A DNA stretch of 64,000 nt, taken from positions 32,001 through 96,000 of the forward strand of contig JBBISH010000001.1 of assembly GCA_037441385.1 (NCBI GenBank). The letters run 5' to 3'. Numbering within the stretch: the first letter of the stretch is position 1; every line of letters begins with the position of its first letter. The translations under genes were made by a program, and so were the position numbers. Positions 1 to 8,669 of the stretch are shown piece by piece. This DNA comes from Myxococcales bacterium (GTDB taxonomy: Bacteria; Myxococcota_A; UBA9042). Under the pieces are notes generated by a model. That model made no database searches. It saw only the letters and a list, made by a program, of their open reading frames with translations, and was not told the origin of the DNA.

Positions 1-1684
1 CAAGGGCTGCGGCAGCTCGCGCGAGACCGCGCCGTACAGCGAGCAGGCCGCCGGGGTCCGCTTGGTCATCGCCCAAACGATCGAGAAGATCTACGGCCAG
101 AACAGCCAGAACATCGGCCTTTACAATAGCTTGGACTTTGGCCTGATCCCGCGCATCCAAGCCGGCGAGGCCATCCCCGTGGACGAGTTCACCGCCGGCC
201 TGGACCCGGTGGCGGCCGAGATCGTGCGGCGCGGCGGCCTGTTCAACTATAACGGAGCGCGCTTGAGCGGCGCCATCAAGCCCCCGGCGCCCACCACCCT
301 GGCGCGGCCGATGACGGTGGTGGAAAAGGTCATCGCGGCGGGGACGATTGTCGACGCCAGCACCGGGCAAGTCGGCGTGCCGGCGGTGAAACCCGGGCAG
401 GCCGTCTTTGTGCGCAGCGACGTGCGCTTCAGCCACGACTACACCACCGCCATGGCTCAGGCCAGCTTCAAGGCTGCACTGGGGCAAGACGCCAAGGTCA
501 AAGACGTGGGCAGCGTCTACGCTTTTCGCGATCACCTGACCTTCTTGTCCAAAGTGATGAGCGAGAAACACAAGGCGATGGGTCTGGAGCCAGTGGCCGC
601 GCAACTTGGGATCATTCAACGGCAATTCTGCGGCGAGCAGGGCATCCGCCTGTACGACGAGAACGCCGACGGCTCGGGCTCCGAGGCCATCTGCCACAAC
701 GCGGTGCTGGAAGATCTGGCGCTGCCGGGCGACATCGTGGTCGGCACCGACTCGCACACCTGCACGGCGGGTGCGATCGGCACCTTTGCCTTTGGTGTCG
801 GCTCAACGGACATGGCCAACACCTGGTACACCAAGGATATTCGTGTCACGGTGCCCGAGACCGTGCGCTTCCACGTGACCGGGACCCCCAAGTCCGGGGT
901 GGCGGCCAAGGACATCATCTTGCGCATCATGGCGACGCCGTTCATCCGCGACGGCAAGGCCATTGGCAAGGTGCTGGAATTCTGTGGGCCGGGCGTGCAG
1001 GCGCTGACCATGGACGAGCGGGCGACCTTGACCAACATGGCCGTGGAAGCCGGCGCGACGACTGGGATTATCGAGGCGGACGAGGTGACGCTGCAGTGGC
1101 TCGCCAAGATTCGGCCCGGACTGGACCCCGAAGCGCTGCGGTCGCGGCTGTACCGCTCGGATCCGGGCGCGCAGTACCTGGCCAGCTTCGAGATCGACCT
1201 GGACGCGCTGGACTACATGGTGGCCACCCCGGGGGACCCGCGCAACGGCGTGCCGCTGCCCGAGCTGGGCGCCCAGCCGGTGGCGATCAACCTGGCCTAC
1301 GGCGGTTCGTGTACCGGTGGCAAGATGGCCGACATGGACATGTACGCCGCTGTGCTGCGCCAGGCCCTGGACAAAGGCAAGAAGGTCGCGCCGGGCGTCG
1401 AGCTGTTCATCCAGTACGGCAGCCAGAAGATCAAGCAATATGCGGTGTCGCAGGGCTATCCGCAGATCTTCGCGCAGGCCGGCGCGCAGGTCATCGACCC
1501 GAGCTGCGGTGCTTGCATCAACGCCGGGCCGGGCGTGAGCAAGACGGCGGACCATGTGACGATTTCGGCGATCAACCGCAACTTTCCAGGCCGCTCTGGA
1601 CCGGGTAAGGTGTACCTGGCCAGCCCGCTGGTGGTGGCGGCGTCGGCGGTGCTCGGGCACATCGGCTCGCCCGAACAGATCTAA
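1..1684 (+). CDS. Aconitase-family [4Fe-4S] dehydratase with N-terminal swivel (LeuD-like) domain fused to LeuC-like domain; 5' end lies outside the window
   Basis: Frame open from base 2 with swivel motif KGCGSSRETAP; DSHTCT, GGSCTG, PSCGACI, SAINRNFPGRSG, YLASP motifs. Confidence 0.85.
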   Translation, partial: KGCGSSRETAPYSEQAAGVRLVIAQTIEKIYGQNSQNIGLYNSLDFGLIPRIQAGEAIPVDEFTAGLDPVAAEIVRRGGLFNYNGARLSGAIKPPAPTTLARPMTVVEKVIAAGTIVDASTGQVGVPAVKPGQAVFVRSDVRFSHDYTTAMAQASFKAALGQDAKVKDVGSVYAFRDHLTFLSKVMSEKHKAMGLEPVAAQLGIIQRQFCGEQGIRLYDENADGSGSEAICHNAVLEDLALPGDIVVGTDSHTCTAGAIGTFAFGVGSTDMANTWYTKDIRVTVPETVRFHVTGTPKSGVAAKDIILRIMATPFIRDGKAIGKVLEFCGPGVQALTMDERATLTNMAVEAGATTGIIEADEVTLQWLAKIRPGLDPEALRSRLYRSDPGAQYLASFEIDLDALDYMVATPGDPRNGVPLPELGAQPVAINLAYGGSCTGGKMADMDMYAAVLRQALDKGKKVAPGVELFIQYGSQKIKQYAVSQGYPQIFAQAGAQVIDPSCGACINAGPGVSKTADHVTISAINRNFPGRSGPGKVYLASPLVVAASAVLGHIGSPEQI

Positions 1685-1708
1685 GTTGTTTCAGTAACTT
1701 GCGAGGCC

Positions 1709-3175
1709 ATGATGGGCGCGCGGAACACACCAAGGCAGCGGCGGACGTGGCAGGCGGCGGTGTTGGCAGCGGCGCTGACCCTGCTGGCGCAGCCGGCGGC
1801 GGCCGACGCGGGCAGCGACCCGATTGCCCAAGCCCAGCAGGCCCGCAAGAGCGGCGACTTTGCCAAGGCGGCCAAGCTGTTGCTGGACCACCTGGCCGTC
1901 CATCCCGACGACGCCCGCGCCCACCACGAACTGGGGGTCCTCTACGCGCTCCACGGGCAACTCCGCGACGCGCGCGAGCAATTCGAGGCGGCGCTGCGCA
2001 TCGAGCCGGCTCAGGCCGAATCGCGGCAAGCGCTGGCCGACGTGCTGCGGGCCGAGGACCGCTGCACAGAAGCCTTGCCGCAGTATCAAAAGCTGCTTTC
2101 CGATGACCCGGAGCGGGCCAAGGCCCTGAAGGGCCAGCTGTTGTGTCAGGTCCAATTGGGTCAGTGGCCGGCGGCCGAAGCGACGTGCGCGGCGGGCGAG
2201 GCGCGCCACAAGGGCTCGGACCTGGGCAAGTGGCTGGGCGAGCGCTGCCAGCAAGTCCGGGCGGCGGCCCAAAGCGGCGAGCTGAGCGCGGGCCAGATGG
2301 ATGCCGAGGGCAAAGCCCTGTTTGGCGAAAAACGCTACGCGGACGCGGCGGTCTGGTTCGAGCTGGCGCTGCAGACCGAGCCGACGGCCGACCGTGCCTA
2401 CCGGCTGGCGATGGCGCGGCTGGGTACCGGCGATCTGCTGGGCTGCCAGGCGGCGCTGCAGCAGGCCGTGGGCCTGGAGCCCACCCACCAAGCCGCCTTG
2501 ATGGCCATGGCGACGGTGGCGCGCGCGCTGCGCACGTTGGGCAGCGACGGCGAAGTGGTGGATTTCAAGCGGTTCAGCGAGACGCCCGAGCGCGCCATCG
2601 CCCGCGCCCTGCTGGACAGCGACTTGTTGCTGGCGCGCCAGTTGGTGGCGGCTGCGCTGCCGGCCAAGCCTGCGGTGGGCGCCGAGCCGCCAGGGGCGGT
2701 GCTGCTCTGGCTGGCCGGCGAGGTCGCGCTGCGCGACGGACAGGTGCAAAAGGCTGGAGAATGGTTTGATAAAACCCTGAAGGTCCGTCCCAGCTTTGAC
2801 GCCGCGCGCAAGGGCCAGGCCGATGTGGCCTACCAGCTGAACCGCATCAGCGAAGCGCGCCGCTTGGCGGGCCTGCCACCGCCGCCGGCGTGGTTAGCGG
2901 CAGAGGCGGACCTGAAGCTCTTTGTCGAGAAGCGCCGCGCCGAGGTGCGGCATCAGCTCAAGATGGCTCTGGATCCCGGCACCCACGCCCGGCCGTCGCT
3001 GGCCGATCAGGTCGAGGCCGATCTGCCGGCACCGCCCCCCAAGGTCGAAGAGCCGCCCCCGCCGCCCGAGCCGACCAAGGGCATCAAGGGCAAGGGCGCC
3101 AAACCGGCCAAGTCCGTCAAGCCGGTCAAAGCCGCAAAGCCGGCCAAAGGCAAAGCAAAACGAGGTTCGAAATAG
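1709..3175 (+). CDS. Secreted tetratricopeptide-repeat protein with Pro/Lys-rich tail
   Basis: Signal peptide (AQPAAA), TPR-like helices (AHHELGVLY...FEAALRIEP), C-terminal PPP and KPAK repeats. Confidence 0.75.
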   Translation: MMGARNTPRQRRTWQAAVLAAALTLLAQPAAADAGSDPIAQAQQARKSGDFAKAAKLLLDHLAVHPDDARAHHELGVLYALHGQLRDAREQFEAALRIEPAQAESRQALADVLRAEDRCTEALPQYQKLLSDDPERAKALKGQLLCQVQLGQWPAAEATCAAGEARHKGSDLGKWLGERCQQVRAAAQSGELSAGQMDAEGKALFGEKRYADAAVWFELALQTEPTADRAYRLAMARLGTGDLLGCQAALQQAVGLEPTHQAALMAMATVARALRTLGSDGEVVDFKRFSETPERAIARALLDSDLLLARQLVAAALPAKPAVGAEPPGAVLLWLAGEVALRDGQVQKAGEWFDKTLKVRPSFDAARKGQADVAYQLNRISEARRLAGLPPPPAWLAAEADLKLFVEKRRAEVRHQLKMALDPGTHARPSLADQVEADLPAPPPKVEEPPPPPEPTKGIKGKGAKPAKSVKPVKAAKPAKGKAKRGSK

Positions 3176-4398
3176 GCGTACGCCCGCCAAAGACGACCGC
3201 CGCTGGCGCGATCACCGGCGCGGCCCTGCTTCCCAAAGTGGATGGCGAAGTCGGCTATCTGCACCGCGCGCGCATCGTTTGGTGCGATGGGCGAATCTCT
3301 GAAATTCAAGAACTCTCTGGTGATCCGCTGCCCAGAGAGCCGCTGCTCGTGCCGGGCTTTGTCGATCTGCACATCCACTGGCCGCAGGCCCACGTGCGGG
3401 GTCGCTTTGCCGGCGCGCTGCTGCCCTGGTTGCGCGAGTCGATCTGGCCGGCCGAAGCAGAGTTTGCGAGCGAGGACGTGGCGCTGCGGCGCGCTCGCGA
3501 GTTCATGGCGGCTGCGCAGCGGGCGGGGACCTGTGCCGGCCTGTTCTTTGGCGCGCCGTTTGCCCAAGCCAGTCGCGCGTTTGCCCAGGTGGCGCCGCCG
3601 GGCTGGCTGGAGGGGCCGGCGCTCATGGAGGTCAACGCTCCAGAGGCGCTGCTCCGGCCGGCGACCCAGCTGTTGGCGGACCTAGAGGCCCACGGACCGG
3701 TCGGGTTTGCGGTGACGCCGCGGTTTGCGCCCAACCTGAGCGAGGCGGGCCTTGCGGCGTGCGGCGCGGTGGCGGCGCGGCTGAAGGCGCCCATTCAGTC
3801 GCATATCAGTGAAAACGTGGACGAAGTCGCCTGGGTCGGCCAGTTGTTCCCGCACGCGGTCGACTACCTGGACGTCTACGATCGCGCCGGGCTGCTGGGG
3901 CCGCGTTCGGTGCTGGCCCACGGAATCCACCTGTCTGATCGCGAGTTGGCGCGGCTGGCGGCGACGGGCACGCGGATCGCCCACTGCCCGACTAGCAATG
4001 TGGCGCTTGGCTCGGGGCGGATGCCGCTCGAGCGGCTGCGCGCGGCCGGTGTGAACTGGGTGTTGGCAAGCGATGTCGGCGCCGGCCCGCGGTTGTCCCT
4101 CTTGGACGCGATGGCCGCGTTTGTTCAGGTTCATCAAGGGTTTGCGGACTCGACCGCCGCCGAGGCGCTATGCCGCGCCACCGCCATTCCCGGCCAGTGG
4201 CTGAGCCAATTCGACCCGCAGCTGGCCGGCTTGGGTACGCTGGCGGTGGGGGCGCCCGCGCACGTGGTGGCGTTGCCGCGGCTGGGCGATGGGGTCACCG
4301 GGGCCCTGGCCGGATATCTGGCCAAGCCCTCTGAATTACTAGAGACCCTACCCAACAAGGTGTGGTGTTGGGGCGAGCAGGTGGCGCGCGCGCCTTGA
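3172..4398 (+). CDS. guaD: Guanine deaminase-like amidohydrolase (start uncertain: ATA 3172 or GTG 3238)
   Basis: PGFVDLHIHWPQ, TPRFAP, QSHISEN, LAHGIHL, HCPTSN, ASDVGAG motifs. Confidence 0.8.
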   Translation: MGVRPPKTTAAGAITGAALLPKVDGEVGYLHRARIVWCDGRISEIQELSGDPLPREPLLVPGFVDLHIHWPQAHVRGRFAGALLPWLRESIWPAEAEFASEDVALRRAREFMAAAQRAGTCAGLFFGAPFAQASRAFAQVAPPGWLEGPALMEVNAPEALLRPATQLLADLEAHGPVGFAVTPRFAPNLSEAGLAACGAVAARLKAPIQSHISENVDEVAWVGQLFPHAVDYLDVYDRAGLLGPRSVLAHGIHLSDRELARLAATGTRIAHCPTSNVALGSGRMPLERLRAAGVNWVLASDVGAGPRLSLLDAMAAFVQVHQGFADSTAAEALCRATAIPGQWLSQFDPQLAGLGTLAVGAPAHVVALPRLGDGVTGALAGYLAKPSELLETLPNKVWCWGEQVARAP

Positions 4399-4521
4399 CG
4401 CGGTGGCCCCAGGCATCGGACACTTCGGCGCCGGCCGCACCCATCCTGCCGGCACAGGCAATGCGCTAAGTCTATCCACTGCAAAGAGATTCGGCCCCTG
4501 CGGGCCCCGCGAGACGGAGCA

Positions 4522-5790
<1,269 letters not shown>

Positions 5791-5819
5791 GGCGCTTGCC
5801 CGCTCGCCTGGAGACGCCG

Positions 5820-6755
5820 ATGAACTCTCGCCTCAAGCTTTTTGCTGGCACTAGCCACCCCCAGCTCGCCCGCGACATCTGCAAGCACCTGGACCTGCCG
5901 CTGTCGAAAAGCGAGACGATTCGCTTTGCCAACGAGAACTTGATGGTCAAGATCTCGGAGAACGTGCGCGAGTGCGACGTGTTCTACGTGCAGACCTCGG
6001 CGCCGCCCGTCAACGAGGCGCTGGTCGAGACGATGATCGCCATCGACGCGCTCAAGGGCGCCTCGGCGGCGCGGGTGACGGTGGTGCTGCCGTATCTGCC
6101 GTACTCCCGCTCGGACAAGAAGGACCAGCCGCGCATCTCGATCACCGCGCGCCTGATCGCCGACCTGCTGCAGACCGCCGGCGCCGACCGCGTGCTCACC
6201 ATGGACCTGCACTCGCCGCAGATCCAAGGCTTTTTCCGCATCCCGGTCGACCAATTGATGGGCGCGCCGGTGCTGTGCGACCACATGCAGACCTGGGATC
6301 TCAGCGACTGCGTGCTGGTGGCGGGCGACGTGGGCGAGGCCAAGGATATCGGCCGGTTCGCGAACATCCTGCATCTTCCGGTGGCCGTGGTCGACAAGCG
6401 CCGCTACGGCAACGACGACCGCGCCGTAGCGACCAACCTCATCGGCGAAGTGTCGGGCAAGCACGCCATCATCGTCGACGACGAGATCTCGACCGGCGGC
6501 ACCATCATCGAGGCCACCAACTTCCTCATGTCGCGCGGGGCCTTGTCGGTGCGCGTCGTCGCCACCCACGGTGTCTTGTGCGGGCCCGCCATCGAGCGCA
6601 TCAACGGTTCGTCGATCAGCCAAGTCATCGTCACCGACACCATCCCGCTGCGCGACAAGAAAAGCGACCGCATCACCACGCTCAGCGTCGCGCCGTTGTT
6701 TGCCAAAGCGATCCGCCGCATCCACGACGGCGACTCGATCAGCGACCTTTTCTAA
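5820..6755 (+). CDS. prs: Ribose-phosphate pyrophosphokinase
   Basis: PYLPYSRSDKK, DLHSPQIQGFF, VDDEISTGGT; ATG after GGAG at 5820. Confidence 0.97.
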   Translation: MNSRLKLFAGTSHPQLARDICKHLDLPLSKSETIRFANENLMVKISENVRECDVFYVQTSAPPVNEALVETMIAIDALKGASAARVTVVLPYLPYSRSDKKDQPRISITARLIADLLQTAGADRVLTMDLHSPQIQGFFRIPVDQLMGAPVLCDHMQTWDLSDCVLVAGDVGEAKDIGRFANILHLPVAVVDKRRYGNDDRAVATNLIGEVSGKHAIIVDDEISTGGTIIEATNFLMSRGALSVRVVATHGVLCGPAIERINGSSISQVIVTDTIPLRDKKSDRITTLSVAPLFAKAIRRIHDGDSISDLF

Positions 6756-6757
6756 GT

Positions 6758-6876
6758 CGCGTTCTCAGTCCCAGTATCAAGCGCACCTGATACCGGTCTC
6801 ACGGGTGGCAACCTGTTGAGATTCGGTAGCTTTGTCTTGGCACGCTTCTGGCATGACTCCCGGGAGACGTCCGCCG
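6758..6876 (+). promoter_or_regulatory. Repeat R1: putative sigma54 promoter module (UAS palindrome 6788-6801, IHF-like site 6809-6821, -24/-12 at 6837-6854)
   Basis: TTGGCACGCTTCTGGCAT is GG-N10-GC; homologous to 11416-11541 with an identical 24-nt core and identical spacing. Confidence 0.7.
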
Positions 6877-6901
6877 GGGCGCGGCGCAGGTGCATGGGAT
6901 G

Positions 6902-6949
6902 TTGACGACCCGCTGTAGGACACGTAACCTGTGGACACGGATCCCGTGT
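6902..6949 (+). promoter_or_regulatory. Putative sigma70 promoter and operator of TA module 1
   Basis: TTGACG-17 nt-TAACCT (6902-6930), then inverted repeat ACACGG-atc-CCGTGT (6935-6949). Confidence 0.6.
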
Positions 6950-6967
6950 GATTCGCCGCAGGCCCCC

Positions 6968-7198
6968 ATGAACCTGACCCTCAGCGCCGACGACGAGGTG
7001 GTCCGCCGCGCCCGTCTGGCCGCCAGCCGCCAAGGTCGCAGCCTGAACGACTTGATGCGCGAGCACTTGGAGCGCCTGGCTGGCATGAACACAGGTGCCG
7101 AGATCGCTAGCGAGTTCGAACAGTTGGCTATCCTTGGTCAAGGCCACAGCGGCGAGCGCTTTCGGCGGGCCGACGCCTACGACGGGCGGCGCTCGTGA
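6968..7198 (+). CDS. Ribbon-helix-helix antitoxin (DUF6364/CopG-like)
   Basis: MNLTLSADDEVVRRARLAA..GRSLNDLMREHL RHH pattern; GTGA overlap with the PIN gene. Confidence 0.85.
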   Translation: MNLTLSADDEVVRRARLAASRQGRSLNDLMREHLERLAGMNTGAEIASEFEQLAILGQGHSGERFRRADAYDGRRS

Positions 7199-7633
7199 AG
7201 CCGGTGTTCCTGGACACCAATGTGCTGGTCTACGCAGTAGATTTGGCGGCGGGTCCGCGCGGCGGGTCCGCGCGGCGAGCGGGCGCGACAGCTGGTGACG
7301 GCAGCGCTGCGCGATCGTTCGGCAGTGCTGTCGACCCAGGTCCTGCAGGAGTTCTATGTGGTTGCTACCCGCAAGCTGGGCATCGAGCCGGCGGTGGCGC
7401 GGCGGCAGGTCGAGCTGCTGAGCACGCTGGAGGTGGTGCCGGTGACCGTGGCGCTGATCCTGGAGGCGATCGACCTGCAGCGGCTGCGGCAGGTGTCGTT
7501 TGGGGACGCGCTGGTGCTGCGATCGGCGGCGGCCGCGGGGTGCGCGATGGTGTGGAGCGAGGACTTGCAGGCGGGCGCGGTGTTCGACGGGGTGCGGGTG
7601 GAGAATCCGCTGCAGAGCCTAAGTGCGGGTTGA
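7195..7633 (+). pseudogene. vapC: PIN-domain VapC toxin frameshifted by a 13-bp tandem duplication
   Basis: FLDTNVLVYA in one frame; STQVLQEFY, SFGDAL, WSEDL, VENP in the +1 frame; deleting one GCGGCGGGTCCGC copy gives a 141-aa ORF. Confidence 0.9.
7246..7277 (+). repeat. 13-bp exact tandem duplication (GCGGCGGGTCCGC x2 plus GCGGCG)
   Basis: Read directly at 7246-7258 and 7259-7271. Confidence 0.95.
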
Positions 7634-8539
7634 AGGCGTGCCTACCGCAACGGCCACGACACGCAGCCACTCGCCCAGCACTGATACCAATTCCGTCCGA
7701 ATCGGATCGAAAACTCTGGCAATTCTTCGGGCCCGGACCGGGGTCCCCGCCTGATTCTCGCCAGTTGCAGAACGGGTCAGAAAGGCCGTACAGGTGCGAA
7801 TCAGGTGGGGTGCGTAGGACAAGTCGCGCTCGTCGCTCACGACCACGGTCTGCGGGGAGTAGTCGGGATTCAGGGAGTCGAGGCGGACCTCCAGGCCGGG
7901 AGACTGCAGGCTCATGCCGCCCACCTTTCTGCACAGCCATTGCCCCCCATCGTCGGCGTCAACTGGGTTGCGCAACAGGACGATTTTGCCCAGCAACGGG
8001 GGGGCTACAGGTTGGCGGAACAGGCACCAAGCACCGTTGGCGATGCGCGGTTCCCTAGACGGGCCGCCCATTTGTGTCAAGAACTGCCCGTCGCTCGCCG
8101 ACTGGCCCGGTGGTGGCGCCGCCCAGGCCGAGACCACGGGCGCGTCACTCGCTCCGGGCGAAGCGGTACATGTGCGCAAGTCGAAAATAGGCAGGCTCCG
8201 AGCCGGTTTGCGGCGGCCAATAGCTGGTGTGGCCTGCCAGCCCGCGGCGGACAGTTCCGACAACGGGTCAGCCAAGGCAGGATCTCCTGGTACCTGACCC
8301 TTATTGATCAATAAATCGGTCACTTGTACGCCAAAGGCCGACGCCAGTCCGAACAGGGTTCGGGTAGTGAGGGCGCGGCAACCATGTTCGAAGTCCTGAT
8401 ATTGCTTGATGTCGACGCCGCACTTGTCGGCCGCTTGCGCTTGGGTCCAGGCACGCTGTACTCGCACCCTTGCGAGATTACCGCCGAGCTCCTGGAGCCA
8501 GAGGCGATAGGCGAGGTCAAGTTGGCTGCGGCGCGTCAT
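7619..8539 (-). CDS. XRE helix-turn-helix + S24 (LexA/CI-like) domain regulator with in-frame repeat insertion near the C-terminus
   Basis: LARVRVQRAWTQAQAADKCGV...FEHG HTH; GGPSREPRIANG...LDSLNPDYSP S24-like segment. Confidence 0.75.
   Translation of the reverse strand: MTRRSQLDLAYRLWLQELGGNLARVRVQRAWTQAQAADKCGVDIKQYQDFEHGCRALTTRTLFGLASAFGVQVTDLLINKGQVPGDPALADPLSELSAAGWQATPAIGRRKPARSLPIFDLRTCTASPGASDAPVVSAWAAPPPGQSASDGQFLTQMGGPSREPRIANGAWCLFRQPVAPPLLGKIVLLRNPVDADDGGQWLCRKVGGMSLQSPGLEVRLDSLNPDYSPQTVVVSDERDLSYAPHLIRTCTAFLTRSATGENQAGTPVRARRIARVFDPIRTELVSVLGEWLRVVAVAVGTPSTRT
7685..7816. mobile_element. 132-bp MITE-like repeat, element B copy 1
   Basis: About 88% identical by hand alignment, with no gaps, to the reverse complement of 39519-39650; TAC...GTA ends, internal palindromes. 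Confidence 0.8.
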
Positions 8540-8669
8540 AGGGCGCCACGAGACACCCGCACGATCGTGATGAAAACCGATGAAATCATACACACATTGA
8601 CAACAATTAATTCGTTGGGATTCTCGGATTCCCGAACGCTCGAACGTCGGCGCTGAAGCGAGGCGACCC

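Noticed and set aside
6787..7821. R1 region and element B copy 1 both read CTGATACC...GTAGGACA at similar length
   Set aside because: Interiors are unrelated and GTAGGACA is absent from B copy 2 and R2; probably chance
7195..8058. 287-aa ORF as a real protein
   Set aside because: It is the out-of-frame run-on of the frameshifted vapC
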